Virus record (IMG/VR): IMGVR_UViG_3300051213_000590
Coordinates: 1 to 37,548 of that record
From: a virus
Taxonomy: Duplodnaviria > Caudoviricetes
Strand: one strand, 5' to 3'
Length of the DNA stretch: 37,548 bases
Position 1 is the first letter of the stretch. Every line of letters begins with the position of its first letter. Of this stretch, positions 8,549 through 18,379 are shown piece after piece. Position numbers and translations under genes: made by a program. Under the pieces are notes generated by a model that was given only the letters and a program-made list of their open reading frames with translations, did no database searches and was not told the DNA's origin.

Positions 8549-9949
8549 ATGGCTTCTATCATTGGAGCCGGGGACATGGATATCCCCGTGAAGTTCTACA
8601 AGAACAATTCTACTGTAGACGAATTTGGAGCCACCTCTCTACAGGCTGAGCTTTTCCTCTCCACCTACTGCCATGTAAAATATATTGGAACCCCGTCTGC
8701 CGGTGCTTCTGAGGAGTTCATCAATGACCAAAAGACGGGTAAGGTAAAGGTTGAAATAACGACAAGGTTTGTTGCCGGTATTGATTTTGATGACTTTTTT
8801 GAGCTTGAGGAAGCCAACTTCAATATATATTCAATACACATTATCGGGAGAAGACAAGCTTTAGTTATAAGGGGTGAGTCAAGGGATGATCAAAGCGATG
8901 TGCCGGGTAAAGTCCAAAAGACTTTATTTATACCAAATCAGATTGGTGTATTGTTTGAGCATATGCACTTCCCAGTCACATATCAGCCTGAAACTGACAC
9001 TTCCGGCGAGCCAATAGTGATTGAGATTCCGTCTGTAAACAAAGAGGAGAACTGGGTTCCCATGTACTATAAGGCCAATCAGCAGGCATATATAGATGAT
9101 GAACACCCTCCTGTAATTAGCAGTGCTAAAATGTATGTAGATGGTGAATTTCATAAGACTTTACCGCTTAGAGGCACTGAGTATCTTCACAATGATGTCT
9201 TCATAGGATATCGCATTGTTCCTTTGCCAGAAGATCCACCAGATCCCCCGGTAGATCCGCCTGAGGAGCCGGTTCAGCTTTTGGGCGCTCCAAGCCCAAT
9301 GCCAAAAGTTTATTACTCTTATACTATTGTTGGAAAAAACAGCAATACCATAGTTTGCGACATAAAGGCTTGGAATGGAAAAGAGTACAAAAGTTTTGAG
9401 TATCGTCAAGACGTAACCGTTGCTGGCTACTGGAGATATGATAAATTCGCTAGATGGGTAACAACTGTTAATGAGGTAGAGTATCCATACGACGGCTCAA
9501 TAAACGTGAATGACGAAGTCAAATGGAAAACAAACTCAAGCCAAAGTCTTGATAAAATAAATATAATTAAGGATCAGCCTTGGAAATTTTATCTTAACGA
9601 TCCATTTTTGGTTTCAAACAAAAAAGATGGCATTTTATACCGAATCATAAGCCCTACTTGGGACGTTTGGTATCCAAATACTGGGTGGATACAAAAAGGA
9701 TTTAACTTCCCTATCGATACTGAAGCTATCGTTGGTGTAAACGGGGCTTATAAGCCTTGGGCTAACTTTGGGTGGTTCCCATATGTTTATGTGCCAAAGC
9801 CTGTAAATATAACTGTGGTTCCAGGCACACAAATAAGGATGAGGGTAGAGGCTTATGTTGGAGATGACGCTAGTCAAGTGCGTTTTAACGGCAACCTAAT
9901 AGAAAATGGTGTAGTCAGCTTCATGATAATCTTAAACGTAGTATACTGA
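8549..9949 (+). CDS. Head closure/head-tail adaptor (SPP1 gp16-like) with a ~350-aa C-terminal extension
   Basis: The first ~113 aa (AGDMD.PV.F...VDEFG...ITTRF...FNIYSI..IGRRQAL.I) fit the head-closure pattern; position after gp6. Confidence 0.75.
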   Translation: MASIIGAGDMDIPVKFYKNNSTVDEFGATSLQAELFLSTYCHVKYIGTPSAGASEEFINDQKTGKVKVEITTRFVAGIDFDDFFELEEANFNIYSIHIIGRRQALVIRGESRDDQSDVPGKVQKTLFIPNQIGVLFEHMHFPVTYQPETDTSGEPIVIEIPSVNKEENWVPMYYKANQQAYIDDEHPPVISSAKMYVDGEFHKTLPLRGTEYLHNDVFIGYRIVPLPEDPPDPPVDPPEEPVQLLGAPSPMPKVYYSYTIVGKNSNTIVCDIKAWNGKEYKSFEYRQDVTVAGYWRYDKFARWVTTVNEVEYPYDGSINVNDEVKWKTNSSQSLDKINIIKDQPWKFYLNDPFLVSNKKDGILYRIISPTWDVWYPNTGWIQKGFNFPIDTEAIVGVNGAYKPWANFGWFPYVYVPKPVNITVVPGTQIRMRVEAYVGDDASQVRFNGNLIENGVVSFMIILNVVY

Positions 9950-9950
9950 T

Positions 9951-10400
9951 ATGGCGGATAGAATTATCATCGACTCATCTGACCTGATGAAGAAGCTCAG
10001 GAAGATGGGCGCTCAGCTTACCAAAGGCGATCAGAAGGAGGTGAGGGCTATTATGTCCAACTCCGTAAAGCCCTGGAAGACGGCGGTGAACTCGTCTATT
10101 TACGATATCGCACAAAGGAAGACGGGCAAGCTCAGTCGTGCTATGGGTATCGGTACGTTTGTGTCGTACAGAAAGGGTATTATAGGCGCGAAGGTTCGCC
10201 CTGTAAACTCTAGGCGCAATAAACAATCGGCAGGATGGAGGGTTCACTTCTTTGCCTCTCCAGCTCGCCAGATGCGGAAATCTAAGAGGTTTCCTTTCCA
10301 GTCCAAATACAAGGGACAGCAGCAAAATGTCCTCAACAGATTTATGTCTCAATATACTATATTTGTAGAGAAAACCATTAAAAACCTTAGAAATGCCTAA
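9951..10400 (+). CDS. HK97 gp10-like neck/tail completion protein
   Basis: Basic protein with RKTGKLSRAM and AGWRVHF motifs; synteny. Confidence 0.7.
   Translation: MADRIIIDSSDLMKKLRKMGAQLTKGDQKEVRAIMSNSVKPWKTAVNSSIYDIAQRKTGKLSRAMGIGTFVSYRKGIIGAKVRPVNSRRNKQSAGWRVHFFASPARQMRKSKRFPFQSKYKGQQQNVLNRFMSQYTIFVEKTIKNLRNA
10358..10365 (+). promoter_or_regulatory. Bacteroidota-type -7 promoter box (TATATTTG) upstream of the major tail gene
   Basis: Exact TAnnTTTG about 27 nt before ATG 10393. Confidence 0.45.
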
Positions 10401-10977
10401 CACGACTATCGCCTCTAACGCAGTAGGGATCTACTTACTCCCTACTCCACAAAACCGCCCTATTCAAACGGTTTTGGGAAACACAGTAGCGACCACCCTC
10501 GCTCCATACGGATCTAATCCTAATGACTATGTCATTGTGAAAACAGGATTAGGTGTTTTCGTTGGAATTGGACAAGTAGTTGCCCCTGAGACTAATCTTT
10601 ATGACGCGACATCACAGATCTCGCTCGTCGGAGCAGCCACCTCCACTTCTATCGAAACTGCTTCCAGCATCTCTGAGGTGGCAGCACGTACGGGCATTGG
10701 GATTTCGGAGATGTTTATCTCTTCTGGCGCTAGCTCTTGGTCTTCTTCAATCGACGGCTTGGTTTACGTTGATGATGCCACGTATGAGGGAACGCCTACC
10801 ACTGCAATCGACGCTGCAAACGCTAAATACTTCGTCATCCTGAAGTTCGAGATTGGCCCCAATGAGGGTTACATCGGCCAGGGTCTGATTGAGAATGCAA
10901 GCATCACGGCGGCCGTTGATGACATCGCCACCTACTCTGTTTCTGTTAAGGGCTACGGGGATCTTATCAAGCTGTAA
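10393..10977 (+). CDS. Major tail tube protein (TP901-1 family) with an N-proximal insertion
   Basis: VGAATSTSIE, SGASSWSSSIDGLV, YIGQGLIENASITAAVDDIATYSVSVKGYGDL. Confidence 0.8.
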   Translation: MPNTTIASNAVGIYLLPTPQNRPIQTVLGNTVATTLAPYGSNPNDYVIVKTGLGVFVGIGQVVAPETNLYDATSQISLVGAATSTSIETASSISEVAARTGIGISEMFISSGASSWSSSIDGLVYVDDATYEGTPTTAIDAANAKYFVILKFEIGPNEGYIGQGLIENASITAAVDDIATYSVSVKGYGDLIKL

Positions 10978-11297
10978 TGAATAAATTCCGAGGAGAATTC
11001 AAGGTGAAAATCGGCGGTGTCGAACTGGACGCCGCCTTCACCAACTCGGTGCTCTATATGTTGGAAGAGCACGAGGGCATCAAGGTTGAGAAGCTGGCTG
11101 AATATATCGAGAATCATCAGATTTCGACGTTCGCCAAGATTTGCTACCACTCTTGTAAGGTGGAGGCTATTAGAAAAGGAAAAGACTTTAAGATTGCCAA
11201 AGAGAGATTCGTCGTCGAGCTTTTAGACGAGAACGATATCGAAGAAATCGGACAGGCGATCAGCAATGCCCTTGCGCTGGAAGAAAAAAAGGATTAA
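10977..11297 (+). CDS. Tail assembly chaperone (gpG-like)
   Basis: Between tail tube and tape measure genes; ends in slippery A AAA AAG. Confidence 0.82.
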   Translation: MNKFRGEFKVKIGGVELDAAFTNSVLYMLEEHEGIKVEKLAEYIENHQISTFAKICYHSCKVEAIRKGKDFKIAKERFVVELLDENDIEEIGQAISNALALEEKKD

Positions 11298-11328
11298 GCG
11301 ACACGGAACCGGAAGCGCCGGTGTCGCT
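11285..11328 (+). other. Programmed -1 frameshift signal (A AAA AAG plus downstream stem-loop)
   Basis: Heptamer at 11285-11291. Stem AGCGACAC (11297-11304) pairs with GTGTCGCT (11321-11328). The -1 frame is open into ORF 11321-11638. Confidence 0.88.
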
Positions 11329-11638
11329 CAAACAGATTTATAATTCAGCACTTGAGGCAGGTATCCTGCCTCATTTGTTTTGGGATATGACCTTCGCTGA
11401 AGCGTCAGCGGTGGTAAACGGTATGAAGCTCAGGGACAGCATAAATTGGAATCATACCGCGACCATATTATCTATGATAGCCAACGTAAATCGATCGTCT
11501 AGTAGCAGGTCATATAAACCAGAAGACTTCCACCCGTATATTAAAGAAGTAAAGAGGCCGGAAAAAGATATAAAACAGACCTTCCAAAGACTTAAAAATG
11601 GCATCCATAGCAAGCGTAACAGCAGCCCTGATACTTGA
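11288..11638 (+). CDS. Tail assembly chaperone frameshift extension (gpT-like)
   Basis: GILPHLFWDMTFAE and KPEDFHPY motifs; reached by the -1 shift (track start GTG 11321). Confidence 0.8.
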   Translation, partial: KGLSDTEPEAPVSLKQIYNSALEAGILPHLFWDMTFAEASAVVNGMKLRDSINWNHTATILSMIANVNRSSSSRSYKPEDFHPYIKEVKRPEKDIKQTFQRLKNGIHSKRNSSPDT

Positions 11639-14315
11639 CATAAGCAAGTTCAAAAGTCAGATACAGGGCGCGGAGAAAGAGTTGTTGAAGATGAATCGGT
11701 CGATGCAGAACATCGGCATGAATCTCTCGGCGGCACTTACACTTCCCATTGGCGCTTTTGCTGCCACAGCCACGAAGACGGCTGCTGAGTTTGGTTTTAT
11801 CCAGGCGAAGATCGCGGGTCTTAGCGGAAGCTCTACAATTATAGAGGGGCTATCTAATTCAGCCAGACAACTCGGCAGGGACACAATCTTCACGGCTGCT
11901 GAGGTATCTAACCTCCAGCTCGAATTGGTTAAGCTGGGCCTCAGGGAGAGAGAAATTAAGGCTGTTCAAGATCAAGTGGTTAGGTTTGCACAGGCCCTTG
12001 ATATTGAATTGGCTCAAGCAGGATCCACTGTAGTTGAGCTTCTCAACAAGATGCCCAACTCCTTCTCTGAATTTTCAACTAAAACTGAAGCGGCACAGTA
12101 TGCTACAGACGCATTTGCTTATGCTGTTGCTACTGCTGCCCTTGATACTGAAGGCTTAACGTCATCTCTCAACTATGTGGGTGCTGAAGCCGACGCTATG
12201 GGTTTCTCATTTGAGAATACGGTAGGTATGCTTGCTGTGCTCGCAAATGCGGGCTATAAGGGTTCTCGAGCCGGTACGCAGCTAAGGAGGATTTTGGTAG
12301 AGGTAGCTGGGGCAAGCGATGACTCGGCTAAGTCTATGAGGGAATTTAACGAGAGCGGGGCCACATTCCAAGAGGTATTGCAGGAGGTGGGTATTAGGGC
12401 TGCTGGTATGGGTGTTGCTTTGCAGGGACAGCAGGGCTTTATCGATCGTTTTGCCAAGGGTATGGAGAACTCTGAGGGATACCTTCAGAACGTCTCTGAC
12501 GTCATCGAGGACTCGCTTCAATACTCTCTCAAGAGAACTCAGTCTGCCTTCGAGGAGTTACAGATTTCATTTACTACTGCTGTAGAGCCAGCCATCAGGT
12601 TGCTGCTTGATGCCTTGACGTTTCTCATTAACGGCTTCTCTGCTATCCCAGGCCCGATCAAGGTTGTTATGGTGGCATTGGCTGCTCTCGCTGCCGTGGT
12701 AGGCCCACTGCTTGTGATCATTGCCAAGTACAACATCTTGATGATTCAGGCGACCGTTGCTAACGCAAGGTTCGCTATGAGTATGAGGACGATGATGGCG
12801 GCTATGGGATGGGTCGGATTGATTGGCCTTGCCGTTGGAGTAATCGCCTCTTTTGCTGTCAGTACAGATGAGGCAACTGAATCATTTGATGACTTCAAAA
12901 ATTCTCTTGAAGGACTGAAGGTTCCTGGAGAAAACATTAGCGCAATACAGGCCGAAGTAAAAAGACTAACTTCAGAAGAGGAAGATTTAATTAGAGTGAA
13001 TAAAGAGTTAGAAAAATGGTTAGCAGACACAAGAAGATACGGTAAAGGGCCAAACCCAGGAAAAAGCATTTTCACTCGTGAAGAATTAAAAGATAACCTG
13101 AAACTACTTGCGGTAATTAGAGCCCAAAAAGCAGAGGCTCAGGCAATGTTGTCATTAGAGAAAGAGAGAAAAAAACAATATGAGGAAAGGATTGAGATAA
13201 TAAAGCGGGACACAGAAAGGCAGCAAAGGGCCGCTTTAACGCAGGGCAGAAGCTTTAATCAGTTGCTTGCTCGATATCGAGAGGTAGAGGCCGCTATAGC
13301 TGGCCTTCAACGACGCGCCAAAGGTGGCGGAGATGTCACAAAAATCCTGGGAGACATAAGCGTTCGCCAAGAGGAGCTGGGCGAGCTGAAGGGTATGCTC
13401 GAGGCTTTGGGCTACTCATTTGATAAGAACAAGAAGGAACTTACGGATTGGGAAAAGGCGCTAAAGACAGCCAATGACTCTTGGAACAGGGCAAAGGCTG
13501 AGTTTGCTGTCACCGGTGACGAGATTGCCAAGCTGGAGGCTTGGGCCGCAGGCCAAAGGGATCTCGCTATTGCTGCTCAGCTTTTAGGGGAGGAAAAATC
13601 GGAAGCGGGTATTAAAGCACTTCAGGACTTTATTGAGTTTACAAAAAGAGCGAATGCCGCGAAGGAAGCAAAGGAATTGGCGGACGCTATGGATGCCGCG
13701 AATAGCGCATTCAAAGAAACCATGTCGGGCCTTGACTTTGAAAAGGGTCTTGGCGGGATCACTGATGCAGAGTATACGCAGCAGCGAGCCGATGCATTTA
13801 GGACTTTGGCTGACTCGATGCTTCAGCTTGGCAATATTGACTTGGCTACTCAGTATTACAATCAAGCCCTTGCTCTAGATGCCCTAATAAAGCAGCAGGA
13901 GGAGTCAAATGAATTGCAAACAACTCAAAACCAAGAGTTTCTTTCCTTCGTTCAAAATATAGGGAATGCTTTTGGCAATATCTTCAGAGACCTGACCTCG
14001 GGATCAAAGACATTTGCAGAGGTGCTCAAGACCAATATGATTGATGCCCTTACAGCGATCCTCGCCAAGCTCGTTGCCATCGCTATTATGTGGGGTATTA
14101 TTGCCATCCTTTCTGGAGGAACTAGCGTTTTATCTGGGGCGGCTCAAGGTATACAGAGGGCTGGTTTTGGTTCCTTTGCTATGGGGCAATTCGGTCTCGG
14201 TAGTTTCGCCAACAAATCGGCACCGGTAACAGTTGACGGATCGATCAGCGGTCATACCATCTATCTTTCGAACAAAAGAGCGTTGAACTCCTACGACAGA
14301 ACTTATGGCGGTTAA
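11598..14315 (+). CDS. Tape measure protein (TP901 family)
   Basis: ARQLGRDTIFTAAEV, LANAGYKGSRAGTQLR, hydrophobic segments, long helical regions; 905 aa. Confidence 0.95.
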   Translation: MASIASVTAALILDISKFKSQIQGAEKELLKMNRSMQNIGMNLSAALTLPIGAFAATATKTAAEFGFIQAKIAGLSGSSTIIEGLSNSARQLGRDTIFTAAEVSNLQLELVKLGLREREIKAVQDQVVRFAQALDIELAQAGSTVVELLNKMPNSFSEFSTKTEAAQYATDAFAYAVATAALDTEGLTSSLNYVGAEADAMGFSFENTVGMLAVLANAGYKGSRAGTQLRRILVEVAGASDDSAKSMREFNESGATFQEVLQEVGIRAAGMGVALQGQQGFIDRFAKGMENSEGYLQNVSDVIEDSLQYSLKRTQSAFEELQISFTTAVEPAIRLLLDALTFLINGFSAIPGPIKVVMVALAALAAVVGPLLVIIAKYNILMIQATVANARFAMSMRTMMAAMGWVGLIGLAVGVIASFAVSTDEATESFDDFKNSLEGLKVPGENISAIQAEVKRLTSEEEDLIRVNKELEKWLADTRRYGKGPNPGKSIFTREELKDNLKLLAVIRAQKAEAQAMLSLEKERKKQYEERIEIIKRDTERQQRAALTQGRSFNQLLARYREVEAAIAGLQRRAKGGGDVTKILGDISVRQEELGELKGMLEALGYSFDKNKKELTDWEKALKTANDSWNRAKAEFAVTGDEIAKLEAWAAGQRDLAIAAQLLGEEKSEAGIKALQDFIEFTKRANAAKEAKELADAMDAANSAFKETMSGLDFEKGLGGITDAEYTQQRADAFRTLADSMLQLGNIDLATQYYNQALALDALIKQQEESNELQTTQNQEFLSFVQNIGNAFGNIFRDLTSGSKTFAEVLKTNMIDALTAILAKLVAIAIMWGIIAILSGGTSVLSGAAQGIQRAGFGSFAMGQFGLGSFANKSAPVTVDGSISGHTIYLSNKRALNSYDRTYGG

Positions 14316-16989
14316 ACATCTATTTAGCACGGAGTATGTCAGCCAAGCCGGGGTAAGGTACAAGCTTGACATCCACCACCTATACGCCAACTCTTCGGCT
14401 GGCACTCCCACGAGTTTCGACGTTTCGAATATTTCGTTGGACTATCAGTCCTCCGATCTGATGCCGCCGCTGATTGGTTCGTCTATGAGGGTGTCTGCCT
14501 ATATGAGCTATGCCCAAAGGGACGCCTTCTTTAACGCTACGAAGACGGAGTACGACAACCCCGTTTCGTGTGCTTTCTACGAGTATAAGGACGATGCTTT
14601 CGCCCTGATATGGTGCGGCCTGCTTGTCCCGGAGGAGTGCTCTGAGATCATCTCTGACGAGCCTATCTCCATTGAGATGACCTTCTCTGATGGTATAGGA
14701 ACACTTGCTCTTTATGATTTTGTGAAGGAGAATGGAGATCCATATACAGATAAGGTGTCAATCGCCAAGACTATATATAGGTTACTAAAAAGGCTGCCTC
14801 ATATTGAGCTTTACAGCTCTCCAGATCAGGTTGTTTTTAGAGAGATTGGAACGCCAACTCCATCTACAGGATCTGCTAATCCATGGAATCCAGCAAATCC
14901 AGTATTCAACAATACTTTTATTACCAGCTCAACATTTAGCATTGCTAAGCAAGAATTACAGAGGGAAAGGGTTTTGGTTCAGGCTAATCCTTTAGAATTT
15001 AGATCTTGCTACGAGGTTTTAGAGGATATCTGCATCGGTATGGGCCTTTCCTGCTGTATGGCGGAGGGCAGGGTGACGTTTTTCTCTAGGTCATATTTGG
15101 CTTTCGTCCCAAACAAGTCTCAGATCAGATACAGAGACTTCGCTGGCAGTCAAGAGTCAGACTTCGAAACACCAATAGACAATCAGTATTATCAATCTCC
15201 TTTAGGCATAGATGAGTTCCTATCTGGGGCAAGTAAGTCATTTCAATACCCAATAAAGGGATATTCTATTGTTCATGAACAATATGGAAGTGACATTATA
15301 CTTGGTCAGATATCTAGGAGAATTGGAAACTCATTCAACATAAACGGAACCAGTTACGCAACAATTTATGTTGTTGACGGTGAAGAGCAAATAACAATCG
15401 AGCACGTAACTGGCCGCAATTCCCCTCAAAACCCACCTTCTAGAGTTGATGACATATTGGTTTCTGGTGACGGGGAAAACACTATACGCATACAAAATAA
15501 GATTGCTGTACTAATGAGGAGTAGGGGCACTTATTCATTTGCTCCTCCATTTAATTATTATACTGTTGGAAACACCGTTGTGTGTAGGATGATTGTTGAG
15601 CTTACTGACGACACCGGAAGAGTTTACAGGCTAAAGAGAAGAGTTATTACTATAGACGAATACAGCAATGGAGATCCAATAGCCTTAGATATTACTAACG
15701 GCATCGATTACTTCTACAAGCCAAAAACATACGCCACATATCCAGGAGGTGGGCCAGCTACGGGTGAGTTTGGATTTACTTGGGTGGCCGACAACCAAGT
15801 TGGCTTTTCAACTGCATTTTTAGAATGCATTGTAAATGATCCTGCATATCAAGATGAAGAATCTCCTAAGGCTAAATGTGAGCTGTTTTTGACGCAAGAC
15901 TTCCCGAATGGCTATTTCCCAGTACCTACAGGATGTGTGCCAGATCAGAATGGATATAGCCTAAACCCAAAGAAAGGATCGGAGTACAATCACTTTAACT
16001 TCAGCATGGATCATGTGTTTGAAGTGCCTAACTCCGGAACCAATTTTGTGTCTTTTGAGGTCAAGGAAAGATGCGTGCTAGTTTATTCAGCAGACCAAAC
16101 ACCTCTCGCAGCAAGCAACAATTACACTTCAGAAGTAGTTCCTGTATTTAGAAGCAGAATTAACGAGACGTATATAAACACTGAGGTATCTGTTGGCCCC
16201 GCTTCTGATACGCCTTGGGAACCAGAGAAGGTTGAAGTGATTGGTTTTATAGCTAGGATTGGTGAGGGTGGAGATGAGATAGAAAAGACTACTATAGCGT
16301 TTAATACGGGGGGGTCTGAGATTATTGACGGAGGCAGCAGCAGAATTTCGGCTCGATCTTACACGACAGACAATACCAGAAGAGGTCTTTTGTGGGCTAA
16401 TTACAATACATTTTTAGGTAATATCGCTGGGCCCACTTTAGACACCACCTGGGCGCCTGAATACGACACAGACGGCTTCAGCGTTGACCTGCACCATATG
16501 GTGTGCTCTGAGGCCGTTAAAATGCGTCAAAAGGCCCGTGAATTCCTTTCTGCAACGGCTATAAACGTACCGGTGATTCATCCATATAGGCTTTTCACCA
16601 CCCAATCCCTGTCTTCGGGCACGGAAACATACCTTCCCTTCGCCATAAAGTTCGACATGCTCAAGGGTCACTGCTCTGTCGATGCTATGCTCATCGGCTT
16701 TGAGAGAGGCGCTATCTTGGAGGTGATTGATTCAGGAAGGATTAGCGGCAACCAAGGCGGTCAGGATGGAGGGCCTTCAGAGCCTGGTTGGGGCGAGGCT
16801 ATCGACGGAAAAGTGCTCGTTCAGGGCCAAAAAGTAGACCTTATCTCCATCACAGAGGCCATCGATCTGGACGTGGTGAAGACGAAGACCGACTTTATCA
16901 CCGTTACGGAGCCTGTAGACCTCAATGATATATCGGCGCCCGATCTCGGAAAGTTAGAACTATTCTCTATCTTTATAGGCAAGAAATAA
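14305..16989 (+). CDS. Tail tip/hub structural protein
   Basis: 894 aa directly after TMP; Y.LDI, IGSSMRV, WCGLL, FSDGIGTL N-terminal pattern; C-terminal ITVTEPVDL fibre-type repeats. Confidence 0.65.
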   Translation: MAVKHLFSTEYVSQAGVRYKLDIHHLYANSSAGTPTSFDVSNISLDYQSSDLMPPLIGSSMRVSAYMSYAQRDAFFNATKTEYDNPVSCAFYEYKDDAFALIWCGLLVPEECSEIISDEPISIEMTFSDGIGTLALYDFVKENGDPYTDKVSIAKTIYRLLKRLPHIELYSSPDQVVFREIGTPTPSTGSANPWNPANPVFNNTFITSSTFSIAKQELQRERVLVQANPLEFRSCYEVLEDICIGMGLSCCMAEGRVTFFSRSYLAFVPNKSQIRYRDFAGSQESDFETPIDNQYYQSPLGIDEFLSGASKSFQYPIKGYSIVHEQYGSDIILGQISRRIGNSFNINGTSYATIYVVDGEEQITIEHVTGRNSPQNPPSRVDDILVSGDGENTIRIQNKIAVLMRSRGTYSFAPPFNYYTVGNTVVCRMIVELTDDTGRVYRLKRRVITIDEYSNGDPIALDITNGIDYFYKPKTYATYPGGGPATGEFGFTWVADNQVGFSTAFLECIVNDPAYQDEESPKAKCELFLTQDFPNGYFPVPTGCVPDQNGYSLNPKKGSEYNHFNFSMDHVFEVPNSGTNFVSFEVKERCVLVYSADQTPLAASNNYTSEVVPVFRSRINETYINTEVSVGPASDTPWEPEKVEVIGFIARIGEGGDEIEKTTIAFNTGGSEIIDGGSSRISARSYTTDNTRRGLLWANYNTFLGNIAGPTLDTTWAPEYDTDGFSVDLHHMVCSEAVKMRQKAREFLSATAINVPVIHPYRLFTTQSLSSGTETYLPFAIKFDMLKGHCSVDAMLIGFERGAILEVIDSGRISGNQGGQDGGPSEPGWGEAIDGKVLVQGQKVDLISITEAIDLDVVKTKTDFITVTEPVDLNDISAPDLGKLELFSIFIGKK

Positions 16990-16993
16990 GGCT

Positions 16994-18379
16994 ATGGCTA
17001 TTGCATACAAGTCCAAAGTATTTTCAAATAGCGCGGCGAACACCTCGCAGGCTCTTTTTACTGCCGTAGCCTCCAATACGCTCGTAAAATCTATCATCTG
17101 CAACAACGATGGGAAGACTACGGGCACCGCTACGCTGAGAATTAACGAGTCTGGAGGCACTTCTAAGCTCATTCGGAGGGTAACCATCGCCAGCGGCGAC
17201 ACCTCGGTGGAGTTGCTGTACGATGTGCTTGCCCTCGAGGCGGGAGACATACTCTACGTCACTTCTACCGACACCGACATCGTATTCATCATGAGCTATG
17301 CAGAAGACAGCGAATCGCTGGTACTTCAGAGCATAGACGTCCTTTCCGACGTAAATACCACAGGGAAGGTCGATGGAGACGTGCTTACATGGGATTCTGC
17401 GTCTTCTAACTGGGTTTCAGAGCCGCTTCCTTTTATCCCGTCATCTATAGATGATCTGACCGACGTCACTATAGTCGATCCTCTCGATCACGACGCACTT
17501 GTTTACGACGAAGTGGCGGGAGAATGGATTAACGGAGCACCCAAGGCACTTGACTTGCCTATTCACAACAATAGTGGTTCTACAATTACTAAGGGTGTCT
17601 TATGCAAGGCAACTGGAGTTCATGGAGACAGGGTGACTATAGGTCCATTTGACCTTGATACAGACAGTCCCAAATACCTAATAGGGGTGACTTATGAGAA
17701 CATCTTAAATGGCGCAGATGGCCACGTAAGATCTTATGGGGAGGTGAGGAATTTGGATACTTGGGCTTACACAGCTGGCACTATTTTGTACGCATCTTCT
17801 ACCGCTGGTGCGTTTGCTTCCTCCGCTCCATTCCCTGAGATTCCGGTAGCTATGGTGACTCGTCAACACGAGAACACAGGGAGGATATTTGTGAGGACGT
17901 GGGCTCCAGGTGGCGGCGGAGGCGGAACTGCTGTGTCAAATCCAACTACCATTGCGCTTACGAATACGGCGTATACCATCCCTGCATATGCTGGAAAGCA
18001 GAACTACCTGACGCTCCCCCCACAGGCAAACTGGACAATCACGCAGGGATCGCTTGGGGTGTCCATCAACACGGCAACAAGCCCCAATAGCATCAACCTT
18101 ACGGGGACGATGGCTGGGAGAACAATCTCGGGGACAATTCAAGTGACCGCACAGGGATTGGGAACATCTACCATCAGGATTCAGGTTTTGAACAACGCAG
18201 GCACTACTCCCGAGTTGATCACAGAGTTAAATTCTAAGTTGAATTTGGGAACCAATGTTTTCAAACTTTCATTTACAATGCAGCCAACGGTCTCACCCGT
18301 ATCGCTAGTGATAGGCGTTACACCTAGCCCAGCAATGGCTGGAAACGTACATTTATCCGCACTATCAATACTGGCATAA
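16994..18379 (+). CDS. Tail fibre/structural protein
   Basis: Two SID.L.DV...DGD.L.(W/Y)D....W repeats, an NNSGSTITKG domain, poly-Gly linker and beta-rich C-terminus. Confidence 0.65.
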   Translation: MAIAYKSKVFSNSAANTSQALFTAVASNTLVKSIICNNDGKTTGTATLRINESGGTSKLIRRVTIASGDTSVELLYDVLALEAGDILYVTSTDTDIVFIMSYAEDSESLVLQSIDVLSDVNTTGKVDGDVLTWDSASSNWVSEPLPFIPSSIDDLTDVTIVDPLDHDALVYDEVAGEWINGAPKALDLPIHNNSGSTITKGVLCKATGVHGDRVTIGPFDLDTDSPKYLIGVTYENILNGADGHVRSYGEVRNLDTWAYTAGTILYASSTAGAFASSAPFPEIPVAMVTRQHENTGRIFVRTWAPGGGGGGTAVSNPTTIALTNTAYTIPAYAGKQNYLTLPPQANWTITQGSLGVSINTATSPNSINLTGTMAGRTISGTIQVTAQGLGTSTIRIQVLNNAGTTPELITELNSKLNLGTNVFKLSFTMQPTVSPVSLVIGVTPSPAMAGNVHLSALSILA

